A stretch of 64,000 nt of DNA from Acidobacteriota bacterium. Lineage in GTDB: Bacteria; Acidobacteriota; Thermoanaerobaculia; Multivoradales; UBA5704. Under the pieces are notes generated by a model. The model was not told the DNA's origin. It worked only from the letters and a program-made list of their open reading frames with translations, and did no database searches. This document shows, piece after piece, positions 41,556-50,521 of the stretch (position 1 is its first letter; each line of letters begins with the position of its first letter). Made by a program: the position numbers and the translations under genes. Location of the stretch: assembly GCA_040005235.1 (NCBI GenBank), contig JBDTZG010000027.1, forward strand, positions 1 through 64,000, given 5' to 3'.

Positions 41556-43352
41556 ATGGCTTTCGGCAAGACCCCTGCACCTCCCGAGCCCCGCATCCGG
41601 CCGTCCGGCTCCTCGGCCCAATCGACGAACGCCGCCAACTCCGCGAAATTCGGCGAGATGCTGATCCGTGCGGGCAAGATCAACGAGATGCAGCTCCAGG
41701 AGGCGCTAAACCTACAGAAGGATCAGGGCGGACGGCTGGGCACCAACCTGGTCAAGCTCGGCTATATCAGCGAGAAGGCGCTGGTCGAGGCGCTGTCGCA
41801 ACATTTCGGCGTTCCCGCGGTCGATTTGAACTCGATGGAAATCGACGAGAACGTGCTCAAGATCATTCCGGCCGACATCGCCCGGAAGTACACGATCCTG
41901 CCGGTCTCCAAAGCGGGGGCGACGGTCACCGTCGCGATGATCGACCCGACGAACGTCTTCGCGATGGACGACGTGAAGTTCATGACCGGCTACAAGGTCG
42001 AGCCGGTGGTCGCCTCGGAAACCAGCATCCGCGGCGCGATCGATCGGGTCTACGGTTCGACCCACGCGATCGAGCTCAAGAAAGTGATGGAGGGGCTTTC
42101 GGAAGAGGCGAGCAGCGACCTCGAAGTGCTCGACGAGGACGAAGACCTCGACCTTGCGACTCTCGAAGAGGAATCAGAGCAGGCGCCGGTCGTCAAATTG
42201 GTCAACATCGTCCTTTCCGATGCGATCAAGCGCGGCGCCTCCGACATTCACATCGAACCGTACGAAAAAGAGTTCCGCGTCCGCTACCGGATCGACGGCA
42301 TCCTCTACGAGATGATGCACCCGCCGATCAAGCTGAAAGAGGCGATCACCAGCCGCATCAAGATCATGGCGAAGCTCGACATCGCCGAGAAGCGGATGCC
42401 GCAGGACGGCCGCATCAAGATCAAGACCAAAGTCTCCGGCCGGGTGAAGGATCTCGACTTCCGCGTCTCGGTGCTGCCGACCCTGTTCGGCGAGAAGATC
42501 GTCATGCGGCTGCTCGACAAAGACAAGTTGATGCTCGACATGAGCAAGCTTGGCTTCGAGGGCGACGCTCTGCGCCGCTTCGAAAACGCGATCTTGAAGC
42601 CGTACGGCATGGTGCTGGTCACCGGGCCGACCGGTTCGGGAAAGACCAACACGCTCTATTCGGCGCTGTCGCGAATCAATACCCCGGAGGTGAACATCCT
42701 CACCGCCGAAGACCCGGTCGAGTTCAACCTGCCGGGGATCAACCAGGTCCAGATGCGCGAACAGATCGGCCTCAACTTCGCGGCCACGCTCCGCTCGTTC
42801 TTGCGCCAGGATCCGAACATCATCCTGGTCGGCGAGATCCGTGACTTCGAGACCGCCGAGGTGGCGATCAAAGCCGCGATGACCGGCCACCTCGTGCTCT
42901 CGACCCTGCACACGAACGACGCGCCGTCCTCCGTGCACCGTCTGATGAACATGGGGATCGAACCGTTCCTGGTCGCCACTTCGGTCCACATGATCGTGGC
43001 GCAGCGGCTGGTCCGGCGGACCTGCACGTTTTGCAAGGAGCCGGCCGACGTGCCAGCGACCGCCCTCTTGAACGCCGGCTTCTCGGAAGCCGAATCGCGC
43101 ACGCTCAAGCTGTTCAAGGGACGGGGCTGCGAGCGCTGCAGCGCCACCGGCTACAAAGGCCGGATCGGCCTCTACGAAGTGCTGGAAGTGGATGACGACA
43201 TCCGCGAGCTGATCCTCTCCGGCGCCAGCTCCTACGAGCTGCGGGCCAAGGCGATTCAGCGCGGCATGCAGACCCTGCGCGACAGCGGCATGCAGAAGGT
43301 CCGCGACGGCATGACGACGGTCGAGGAAGTCCTGCGCGAAACGGTTTCGTAG
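41556..43352 (+). CDS. pilB: type IV-A pilus assembly ATPase
   Basis: MshEN-like N-terminus, ASDIHIEP, GPTGSGKT, EDPVE, LRQDP, TGHLVLSTLHTND, tetracysteine motif. Confidence 0.95.
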   Translation: MAFGKTPAPPEPRIRPSGSSAQSTNAANSAKFGEMLIRAGKINEMQLQEALNLQKDQGGRLGTNLVKLGYISEKALVEALSQHFGVPAVDLNSMEIDENVLKIIPADIARKYTILPVSKAGATVTVAMIDPTNVFAMDDVKFMTGYKVEPVVASETSIRGAIDRVYGSTHAIELKKVMEGLSEEASSDLEVLDEDEDLDLATLEEESEQAPVVKLVNIVLSDAIKRGASDIHIEPYEKEFRVRYRIDGILYEMMHPPIKLKEAITSRIKIMAKLDIAEKRMPQDGRIKIKTKVSGRVKDLDFRVSVLPTLFGEKIVMRLLDKDKLMLDMSKLGFEGDALRRFENAILKPYGMVLVTGPTGSGKTNTLYSALSRINTPEVNILTAEDPVEFNLPGINQVQMREQIGLNFAATLRSFLRQDPNIILVGEIRDFETAEVAIKAAMTGHLVLSTLHTNDAPSSVHRLMNMGIEPFLVATSVHMIVAQRLVRRTCTFCKEPADVPATALLNAGFSEAESRTLKLFKGRGCERCSATGYKGRIGLYEVLEVDDDIRELILSGASSYELRAKAIQRGMQTLRDSGMQKVRDGMTTVEEVLRETVS

Positions 43353-43384
43353 ATCCACGCGACCCTTCGGGCCGCAACAACAAT

Positions 43385-43948
43385 TCAGGCCCGGCTGTCC
43401 CACAGGACGTCGGCGATGCCGCGCCGGTGGTTTTCGGCCCGGGCGATGACGAACAGGGCGTCCGACAGGCGGTTCAGGTAGCGGATCGTCCAAGGGCCGA
43501 TCTGTTCCAGTCGCCCGAGAGCGACCAGCTCTCGTTCGGCGCGACGACAGACGGTGCGCGCGACGTGAAGCTGCGCGGTTCCGAGCGCGCCGCCGGGCAG
43601 GATGAAGTTCTGGAGCGGCCCCACCTCTTCGCTCAACCGGTCGATCAACGATTCGAGCGCGAGAACGTGGCGTTCCTCGATCGTCGGGACGGGAAACCGC
43701 GCCTTGTCCTCTTCGAGAATGCACAGGTCGGAACCGAGATGGAATAGCTCGTTCTGAACCCGTAGAAGCTGGCCGCAAAGCTCCTCGTCCAGACCGCAGG
43801 CGATGGCGACGCCGATCTGAGAGCTCAGCTCGTCCACCGTGCCATAAGCCCCGATGCGAGGCGAATCCTTCTCCACTCTCTGGCCGCCACCGAGCGCCGT
43901 CGTTCCATCGTCGCCGGTGCGGGTGTAGACCTTCGTGATGCGTGGCAT
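43385..43948 (-). CDS. PduO-type ATP:cob(I)alamin adenosyltransferase
   Basis: [42 protein letters not shown]. Confidence 0.95.
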   Translation of the reverse strand: MPRITKVYTRTGDDGTTALGGGQRVEKDSPRIGAYGTVDELSSQIGVAIACGLDEELCGQLLRVQNELFHLGSDLCILEEDKARFPVPTIEERHVLALESLIDRLSEEVGPLQNFILPGGALGTAQLHVARTVCRRAERELVALGRLEQIGPWTIRYLNRLSDALFVIARAENHRRGIADVLWDSRA

Positions 43949-44123
43949 GGCTGGCTTTTCCGAGATTTAAGGGGAGAACGGCGCTACTGAAGGAAAGCAT
44001 TCGCCTGTCGACGAAGCGATCGAGCTTCGCAACAACGGCTCACCCCTCCCGGCTCTCGACGGCGACCGGCTCGATCGACTGCTACGATTTCGATCGACAC
44101 CGGCCCTTGATCGAAACTGCGGT

Positions 44124-44333
44124 TTACTTGGCGGCCCGGGCGGCGGCACGGGCAGCGCGACGCGCCTGTTCTCGGCGCTCGGCGACGTTCATGGGCGATT
44201 TGTCCGCTCGTCCCTGGCCGGAGAGCTTGCGGATGACATCGGCAAAATCAACCGGCTCGGGCGCCGGCTTGGCAGACTTGGGCTTCACGGGCACAGTGGG
44301 GCGCTTGGCCACCGCTTTCGCTGGTTTCGGCAT
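44124..44333 (-). CDS. small basic hypothetical protein (69 aa)
   Basis: ATG at 44333, 6 nt after TGnCATGCT; Lys/Pro/Ala/Arg-rich. Confidence 0.5.
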   Translation of the reverse strand: MPKPAKAVAKRPTVPVKPKSAKPAPEPVDFADVIRKLSGQGRADKSPMNVAERREQARRAARAAARAAK

Positions 44334-44515
44334 GGCGTAAGCATGCCACAGCCAAGCCCCGAGAGGAAGATCCAATTTTCGTCCGCCTGATACTAGAAAT
44401 TGCATGATTTCAATGACTTCGCGGTCCATCGAGGATTTGAAACGGCTTCCTGAATCTCCCCAGCGAGCGTTCGTCGACACGCTGTGAAAGCCTGAGCGGC
44501 GATAGACTACCGCTC

Positions 44516-44911
44516 GTGAGCGTCCGCCTCGACAAGTGGTTGCAGGTCGCCCGAATGTTCAAAACCCGCACCCAGGCGACCCACGCCTGCGAGCTGGGCC
44601 GCGTTCAGGTGAACGGACAAAATGCCAAGGCCCACCGGCATTTATCCCTGGGTGACAAAGTGGAGCTGTCCCAGGGAGATTGGCTGCGAATCTTGATCGT
44701 CCTTGAGCTGGTGGACCGTCCGGTGCCGAAAGCGGCGGCCGCTACAGTGTTCGAAGATCTGAGCCCGCCCCGCCCGGAGTTGGAAGTCGACCCGATCCGC
44801 CGCCTGCAACGCCGGCCCCCGGCTCTTCGCGAGGCCGGCGCGGGCCGGCCAACGAAGAGGGATCGCCGGGATATCGAGCGCTGGGAGGGAGGCGAGGGTG
44901 AGCCGGAGTAA
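44516..44911 (+). CDS. hslR: S4-domain RNA-binding protein (Hsp15)
   Basis: VRLDKWL..AR.FKTR..A...C..G.V.VNG; GRPTKRDRR. Confidence 0.92.
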   Translation: MSVRLDKWLQVARMFKTRTQATHACELGRVQVNGQNAKAHRHLSLGDKVELSQGDWLRILIVLELVDRPVPKAAAATVFEDLSPPRPELEVDPIRRLQRRPPALREAGAGRPTKRDRRDIERWEGGEGEPE

Positions 44912-44950
44912 GGCTGTTAAAGTTTTGTCACGAACCTATCTGGCTTTCGA

Positions 44951-44979
44951 TTGACCAAAGGTGGACGAGGGTCTACGAT
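44951..44979 (+). promoter_or_regulatory. sigma70-type promoter of carH-like gene with TnnAC repeats
   Basis: TTGACC-17-TACGAT; TTGAC/TGGAC/TCTAC at 11 and 10 bp spacing. Confidence 0.6.
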
Positions 44980-44987
44980 CCACCGCT

Positions 44988-45950
44988 ATGGCGGACATCC
45001 CATTCGACCTGGCCCGGCACCCCATCGGCGTGGTGGTCCGCAGGACCGGACTCAAACCGGACCTGATCCGCGCCTGGGAACGGCGCTACGCGGCGGTCGA
45101 GCCTTCGCGCTCCGCGACCGGGCGCCGCCTCTACTCCGACCTCGACATCGAGCGGCTGGTCCTTTTGCGTCAGGCGGTTCAGGCAGGTCGCGGGATCAGT
45201 CACGCCGCGGCTCTCGACAAAGAGCAGCTGCGCACTTTGATTCGAGAGGATCGACCGAACCCGGGTCCCGCCCGCCTTCCCCCCGCCGACCTCTGGAACG
45301 GCCAGGTCACGGCGGAGGCGGTCCTCGCCTCATGCATTTCCGCGGTCGAGCGCCTGGACGTGATCGAGCTGGAGTTGCAGCTCGAAAGGGCGGCGGTGGC
45401 GCTCTCCCAGATCCACATGATCGAGAGGGTGCTGGTGCCCATGATGCACTCGATCGGCGACCTCTGGCAGCAGGGCACCTTGCGCCCCTCCCACGAGCAC
45501 ATGGCCTCCGCGGTGATCCGCTCGTTCTTGGGCGAGATGCGCAGCGCCTACCAGCCGCCGAGCCAGGCGCCGCATCTGATCGTCACCACCCCGGCCCGCC
45601 AGCACCACGAGCTGGGGGCGTTGATCGCCGCGGCGACCGCCGCCACCGAAGGGTGGAGCATCGTTTACCTCGGCCCCGACCTGCCGCCGGAGGACATCGC
45701 AGCTGCCGCCCACCAGCGGGGGGCGAAGGCGGTAGCTTTGAGCATCACGTTTCCGCCCGACGACTCTCGCCTCGCCGACGATCTGCGCCGCTTGCGGCGC
45801 ATGCTGGACCCGCGAATCCAGGTGGTCGTAGGAGGGCGCTCGGCGGGACACTATGAGCCCGTGCTCAAGGAGATCGGTGCCCATTCCGTGGCCGATCTGA
45901 CGGAGTTCCGGCGCGCCTTGGCCAAGCTGCGCGTTCCGTCCTCTGTCTGA
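44988..45950 (+). CDS. MerR-family B12-binding photoregulator (CarH/LitR-like)
   Basis: IRAWERRY...R.YS..DI.RL MerR HTH; W-x9-EH (WQQGTLRPSHEH); HELG; YLGPDLP. Confidence 0.9.
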   Translation: MADIPFDLARHPIGVVVRRTGLKPDLIRAWERRYAAVEPSRSATGRRLYSDLDIERLVLLRQAVQAGRGISHAAALDKEQLRTLIREDRPNPGPARLPPADLWNGQVTAEAVLASCISAVERLDVIELELQLERAAVALSQIHMIERVLVPMMHSIGDLWQQGTLRPSHEHMASAVIRSFLGEMRSAYQPPSQAPHLIVTTPARQHHELGALIAAATAATEGWSIVYLGPDLPPEDIAAAAHQRGAKAVALSITFPPDDSRLADDLRRLRRMLDPRIQVVVGGRSAGHYEPVLKEIGAHSVADLTEFRRALAKLRVPSSV

Positions 45951-45957
45951 GCATTCC

Positions 45958-46009
45958 CAGACAAGATCTGGACAGAAACATTGACACGCCGTTGACGAGA
46001 ATCTAGACT
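45958..46009 (+). promoter_or_regulatory. promoter TTGACA-17-TAGACT overlapped by five tandem nnGAC direct repeats (CarH-type operator)
   Basis: CAGACA, TGGACA, TTGACA, TTGACG, TAGACT with GAC at 45960, 45971, 45983, 45994, 46006. Confidence 0.72.
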
Positions 46010-46045
46010 GACTTCCGTGGAGCCTAGGTTCTCTGCTTCGGAGGA

Positions 46046-46333
46046 ATGATCATGGAACGGTCAGCCGTCGGTTTTCTCCGCGTCGCATCGGCGCCGCGCA
46101 TGATGGAACGCCTACAGCAGGGGGACGACGGAAGCGGGCCTCGGCTGATCAATCGCCGACGCCCCGACTTCCTTCCCGACTTCATGGAAGTGGAAAGGCT
46201 GCACGCTCTCGGCAGCCACGGGTCGGATCGGACCGCACGCGTGGCCGCCCGAATCCTGGCTCTTGCGGCGCTTACTCGCCGAGAAACTCGCCAATCGACG
46301 CCAGCGGCGCAATCCGATCGCAAAGGATCTTGA
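46046..46333 (+). CDS. small orphan ORF downstream of the CarH operator
   Basis: GGAGG RBS with ATG at 46046 or 46052; 3' end overlaps the convergent AI-2E gene. Confidence 0.4.
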   Translation: MIMERSAVGFLRVASAPRMMERLQQGDDGSGPRLINRRRPDFLPDFMEVERLHALGSHGSDRTARVAARILALAALTRRETRQSTPAAQSDRKGS

Positions 46334-47381
46334 GGACGGCGGTGATCGGCACGGCGAGAATGGCTCCCGCGACACCCCACAGCCAGGTCCAGAACGTCAA
46401 GCTGAGGAAAATGACCACCGGATTAAGGGTCAGGCGGCGTCCCAGGACCAGCGGCGACACGATGTAGGCCTCGGTCACGTTGAGCACGAGGAACGCCCCG
46501 ATCGGCAGCAGCGCCTGCGCCAAAGGCTCGAAGGTCAAGAAACCGAGCAGGCCGAACAAGACGTAACAGACGCCGGCCCCCAGGTAGGGAATGTAGTTGG
46601 CGATCGCGACGACGACTCCCCAGAGCACCGGGTTCGGCAATCCGATCCACCACATGGCAAGGCCCGTGCTCGCGCCCAACCCGACATTGATGAACGTGAC
46701 CGTCATCAGATAGCGCGAGACCTCGCCTTGGAGGGCTCGGACGATCTCCGCTCCTTGGCGCTTGCTGGCCATGGTGGGCAACACCCGGATCAGCTTGCGC
46801 AGGAACAGATCGCCCGAGGCGAGCAGAAAGAAGACCAGGATGAACATGACGAGTGCGCCCGCGGCGATCTCGGTGGCCTGGTTGGCCAGGCGGATGCCAA
46901 GCGATGGCTGGTTCACCGTCACGTTTTGACTGGTCGCCGATCCGACCTGGGTGATCTTCTCGACCTGCTCGGTCGCCTTGCCCAGCGTTTGGACCGGCTT
47001 TTTCAGGTCGCGGAGGCGCCGCTCGACCCGACGCATGCTCTGCGGCGCTTTTCCCATCCAGTCGTAAGCGGGCTGCGCCAGCTGATAGACGGCAAAACCG
47101 AGGCCGCCGAGCAGAGCGAACAGGACGATTCCGGCACCCAAGGGAGCGGGAATGCGCAAGCGCCGCTTGAGAAACCGGACCACCGGTTCGAGCAGAAGGG
47201 TGAGAAGTCCGGCGAGGACCACCGGGAGCAGAAACGACCGCGCGGCGTAGAGCGTGTAGAAGGCGGCGAGCAGAAACAACCCGGTGAGCGGCCCATTGCG
47301 GATGCCCAGGGCGCGGGCGATCGAACCTTGCGGCGCTTCGTCCGGAGATTCGGTTTGAGACTCAAGGGTTTCGGGGGGCAC
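46272..47381 (-). CDS. AI-2E family transporter (PerM-like)
   Basis: GTG at 47381; NYIPYLG, EAYIVSP.VLG..L.LNP, WG..GAILAVP. Confidence 0.92.
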   Translation of the reverse strand: MPPETLESQTESPDEAPQGSIARALGIRNGPLTGLFLLAAFYTLYAARSFLLPVVLAGLLTLLLEPVVRFLKRRLRIPAPLGAGIVLFALLGGLGFAVYQLAQPAYDWMGKAPQSMRRVERRLRDLKKPVQTLGKATEQVEKITQVGSATSQNVTVNQPSLGIRLANQATEIAAGALVMFILVFFLLASGDLFLRKLIRVLPTMASKRQGAEIVRALQGEVSRYLMTVTFINVGLGASTGLAMWWIGLPNPVLWGVVVAIANYIPYLGAGVCYVLFGLLGFLTFEPLAQALLPIGAFLVLNVTEAYIVSPLVLGRRLTLNPVVIFLSLTFWTWLWGVAGAILAVPITAVLKILCDRIAPLASIGEFLGE

Positions 47382-47404
47382 GCAACATCCTTCCGCAAGA
47401 GACT

Positions 47405-48586
47405 CTAGCAGGGTTCTGCGAAAGACCCCCGCTTCCCGCCGGCTTGCGCCAACAAGGCGACGGTCTCGGTGAAATTTCCGACCACTTCGCAGCATTCATC
47501 GAACAACCAAGTAGAAACGCCCGCGGCCTCGCGAGCCCGGATCGCCACGGACCTTTCGGGCAACGGCAGGCGGAGCTGCGCCGGGCGTTCGGACGGTTCT
47601 CGGTCGGCTTTGGTGTCGAGCACTCCGGCCTGCCATCCCCGTTCACCGAGGAACCGGGCGAGCGCCGCCGAATAGCCATGGGTCGCGAGAACGCGTTCGG
47701 CACCGCTCTCTTCGATCGTCTTCAGCAGATCCCCCCAGCCGGCGTGATCGGAAACGACGAAGCCTCGGTCGAAGCTCGAACGGCGCACCCGGTCGGGCAG
47801 GAGCATCCAGCCCGAGGCGAATGCGGTCTTCGCGCGACCGAACCGGCGCATCCAAAGCGAGCCGAAAGCCGCGGGCGGAGCGACGATCAGATCGCCCGCG
47901 AACGAGCCGCGGCTTTGCGGATCGATCCGCCGCGTGGCCGGCAGAACGACGCCCGCGCGGAGGTAGATCTCGTTGATCGCCTCGATCGCTCCATGGGTCC
48001 GAATCGTTCGTCCCGCGACGTGCGGCAGCAGCTCGGCGAGCAGCCGCTGCGCTTTGCCGAGCGAATAGGCGCAGAGCACCGAAGCGCGCCCCGCCGCCGT
48101 ATTTTCCCGCCACCAATCGGCGATCTCGGCAGCCACCGTCGAGGTCTCCTCCCAGCGGTAGATGGGCAGAGCGAAGGTCGCCTCGGTGATGAAGGTATGG
48201 CAGCGGACCGGCTCGAACGGCGCACAGGTAGGGTCGGCCTGGCGCTTGTAGTCGCCTGATACGACCCAAACCTCGCCGCGGTGCTCGATCCGCACCTGCG
48301 CCGAGCCGAGCACGTGCCCGGCGGGATGAAACGACACGTCCACCTCGCCGATCCGCCGCTTCTCTCCGTACGGCATCGCTTCGATTCGCGCCTTCGGCAG
48401 GCGGTGCTCCAAGACGCCAAGCCCGGGGGAGGCGGCCAAGTACCCCGCCGATCCCGAACGGGCATGGTCGCCGTGAGCATGGGTGAGCACCGCCCGCTCG
48501 ACCGGCCGCCAAGGATCGATCCAGAAACCGCCTTCGGCGCAATAGAGGCCGCGACCGTCGAGCGCCAGGAGCGGAGCGCGGATCAG
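47405..48586 (-). CDS. ligase-associated DNA damage response exonuclease (MBL/beta-CASP)
   Basis: GLYC...F.IDPWRPV.RAVLTHAHGDHAR, PAGHVLGSAQ, SGDYK, ITEATFALP, YSLGKAQR, SDHA; homology extends up to a CTG at 48586. Confidence 0.88.
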   Translation of the reverse strand: MIRAPLLALDGRGLYCAEGGFWIDPWRPVERAVLTHAHGDHARSGSAGYLAASPGLGVLEHRLPKARIEAMPYGEKRRIGEVDVSFHPAGHVLGSAQVRIEHRGEVWVVSGDYKRQADPTCAPFEPVRCHTFITEATFALPIYRWEETSTVAAEIADWWRENTAAGRASVLCAYSLGKAQRLLAELLPHVAGRTIRTHGAIEAINEIYLRAGVVLPATRRIDPQSRGSFAGDLIVAPPAAFGSLWMRRFGRAKTAFASGWMLLPDRVRRSSFDRGFVVSDHAGWGDLLKTIEESGAERVLATHGYSAALARFLGERGWQAGVLDTKADREPSERPAQLRLPLPERSVAIRAREAAGVSTWLFDECCEVVGNFTETVALLAQAGGKRGSFAEPC

Positions 48587-49683
48587 ATCTCTCCCTCATC
48601 CTCAAACAGCTCCAGCTGCGTGAGGCCGGCGCCGTGGACCAGGCTCGATAGCGTCACGCCGAGCAGGCGAACCGCGCGGGTCGGCGCGTCGGTGGCATGG
48701 CGCAGCAGGCCGCGCGCCGCGCGCAAGATCGTTCGGGCCTCGCAGGTCGGCCAGGCGAGGGTACGCGATCGGGAAAGGGTGGTGAAATCCGAATAGCGGA
48801 CCTTGAGCGTCACCGTGCAACCCGCGAGGTTCCGTTTCTCCAAAGACGCCGCCACTTCGACCGCCATCCGTTCGAGCTCTTGTTCCATCGGCTCCAGGCC
48901 GCGCAAATCTTCGGCGTAGGTGTTCTCGGTCCCCAGGCTCTTCCTTTCTTGGTGGATTTCGACCGGCCGCTCGTCGACGCCGTGGGCGAACTCCCAGAGT
49001 ACCCGGCCGTGCCGGCCGAAGCGGACGACGAGATCCTCGGGCTCGCGAAAGCGGAGGTCCGAGACGGTCGCGATCCCCATCTCGGAAAGCGCCCGCTCGG
49101 TCGCGGGGCCCACGCCATGCAGCCGGCGAACGGGCAGCGGCGCCAGGAATTCGAGCACCTTCCTCGGCGGCACCACGGTCAGGCCATCGGGCTTGTTGAA
49201 GTCGGAGGCGATCTTGGCGATCAGCCGGCTGGGGCCGACACCCACCGAGACCGTGAGACCGCGCTCCTCGCGCACCCGGCGGCGGATCTCTTTGGCAACC
49301 GCGGTCGCCGTGCCCCAAGAGCCAAGGTGCTCGGTGACGTCCAGGTAGGCCTCGTCGATCGACACCGGTTGGAGGATCGGCGTGATCTCGCGATAGATCG
49401 CAAAAATCTTCTCCGATTCCTTGCGGTAGCGCCGAAAATCGGGCGGCAGAAAGACCGCCTGCGGGCAGAGCCGGACGGCGCGGGAGGACGGCATGGCGGA
49501 GTGAACGCCGAACGCCCGCACCTCATAGGAGGCCGCCGCGACCACCCCACGCGACTCGGGCCGCCCGCCCACGATCACCGGCTTGCCGCGCAACGAAGGG
49601 TCGTCGCGCATGTGAACCGCGGCATAGAAGCAGTCCAGATCGCAATGCAGGATGCGGCGAAAGGCGGTGTCGGATTCGGACAA
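48583..49683 (-). CDS. dinB: DNA polymerase IV
   Basis: ILHCDLDCFYAAV, ASYE.R.FGV.SAMP, SIDEAYLD, KPDG, GVG. Confidence 0.96.
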   Translation of the reverse strand: MSESDTAFRRILHCDLDCFYAAVHMRDDPSLRGKPVIVGGRPESRGVVAAASYEVRAFGVHSAMPSSRAVRLCPQAVFLPPDFRRYRKESEKIFAIYREITPILQPVSIDEAYLDVTEHLGSWGTATAVAKEIRRRVREERGLTVSVGVGPSRLIAKIASDFNKPDGLTVVPPRKVLEFLAPLPVRRLHGVGPATERALSEMGIATVSDLRFREPEDLVVRFGRHGRVLWEFAHGVDERPVEIHQERKSLGTENTYAEDLRGLEPMEQELERMAVEVAASLEKRNLAGCTVTLKVRYSDFTTLSRSRTLAWPTCEARTILRAARGLLRHATDAPTRAVRLLGVTLSSLVHGAGLTQLELFEDEGEI

Positions 49684-49790
49684 AGTGGGCCTGGGCGACC
49701 CGGCATCACACCGGGAACGCCGCCGACTTTACGCCGCGATCACGCCTCAATTCAACCACAGACCCGGACGAGCTTTCCACTAGCGATCGC

Positions 49791-49825
49791 CCGAGCGTTT
49801 GAGGTCGCAAATTGCGACCTCAAAC
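49791..49825. repeat. 35-bp direct repeat, left copy, containing a 29-bp palindrome
   Basis: CCGAGC-GTTTGAGGTCGCAA-A-TTGCGACCTCAAAC. Confidence 0.95.
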
Positions 49826-49916
49826 ACGGGGCGCGGCGGCATTCTCAAACTCGTTTCCCGGAATCATCGAGAAGTTGACCCCCCTTTTACGTCTTAGCTG
49901 GCAAAGGAGAAAGTAC

Positions 49917-50468
49917 ATGGCGAAAAAACCAGCCACCACCGCCCAGCTACGTAAAGCCACCCAAGCCGTCGAGAGCGCAATCATCGTCCTCAGGGGAGAG
50001 CGAGTCCTGCTCGACTCCGACCTTGCCGAGATCTACGGCGTTCCGACCAAGCGACTCAACGAACAGGTGAAACGGAATCGCCGCCGGTTCCCTGCCGATT
50101 TCGCGTTTCAACTGAGCGCGCCGGAGACCGACGGTTTGAGGTCGCAAATTGCGACCTCAAACGCGGGGCGCGGCGGTCGCCGCACGCGGCCCTTCGCGTT
50201 TACCGAGCACGGCGCAATTATGGCGGCCAACGTCCTCAGCTCGCCTCGGGCGATCGCCGCGAGCGTTCTCGTGGTCCGAGCCTTTGTTCGAATGAGACAG
50301 GCACTGGCGCCTCATGGGGAGATCGCCCGCAAGCTGGAAGATCTGGAACGGCGAACGGACGAGCGGTTTCACGAAGTCTTCGCCGCAATTCGAGCTTTGA
50401 TGTCCTTGCCGGCTGCTTCGCGTCGGCGCCGCATCGGCTTCTCGGTTGCTGAAAAAGCTGGCCCGTGA
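49917..50468 (+). CDS. ORF6N-domain DNA-binding protein
   Basis: AAGGAG RBS, ATG at 49917; RG.RV.LD.DLA..YGV.TK.LNEQVKRN..RFP.DF.FQL...LRSQIATS..GRGGRR..P.AFTEHG. Confidence 0.92.
   Translation: MAKKPATTAQLRKATQAVESAIIVLRGERVLLDSDLAEIYGVPTKRLNEQVKRNRRRFPADFAFQLSAPETDGLRSQIATSNAGRGGRRTRPFAFTEHGAIMAANVLSSPRAIAASVLVVRAFVRMRQALAPHGEIARKLEDLERRTDERFHEVFAAIRALMSLPAASRRRRIGFSVAEKAGP
50134..50162. repeat. 29-bp palindrome inside the ORF6N coding sequence
   Basis: GTTTGAGGTCGCAAATTGCGACCTCAAAC encodes LRSQIATSN. Confidence 0.95.
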
Positions 50469-50486
50469 GACTTGAATCTGGGGTCG

Positions 50487-50521
50487 CCGAGCGTTTGAGG
50501 TCGCAAATTGCGACCTCAAAC
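50487..50521. repeat. 35-bp direct repeat, right copy, containing a 29-bp palindrome
   Basis: Identical to 49791-49825. Confidence 0.95.

Noticed and set aside
43353-43384. Hairpin between convergent pilB and pduO read as a terminator
   Set aside because: Short imperfect stem without a proper U-tract on either strand.
49684-49790. LexA box upstream of dinB
   Set aside because: No convincing match to the LexA motifs I know (CTGT-N8-ACAG, GAAC-N4-GTTC, GTTC-N7-GTTC).
49797-50521. Three palindromic 29-bp repeats read as a CRISPR array
   Set aside because: Intervals exceed 300 bp, one copy is coding, and there are no cas genes.
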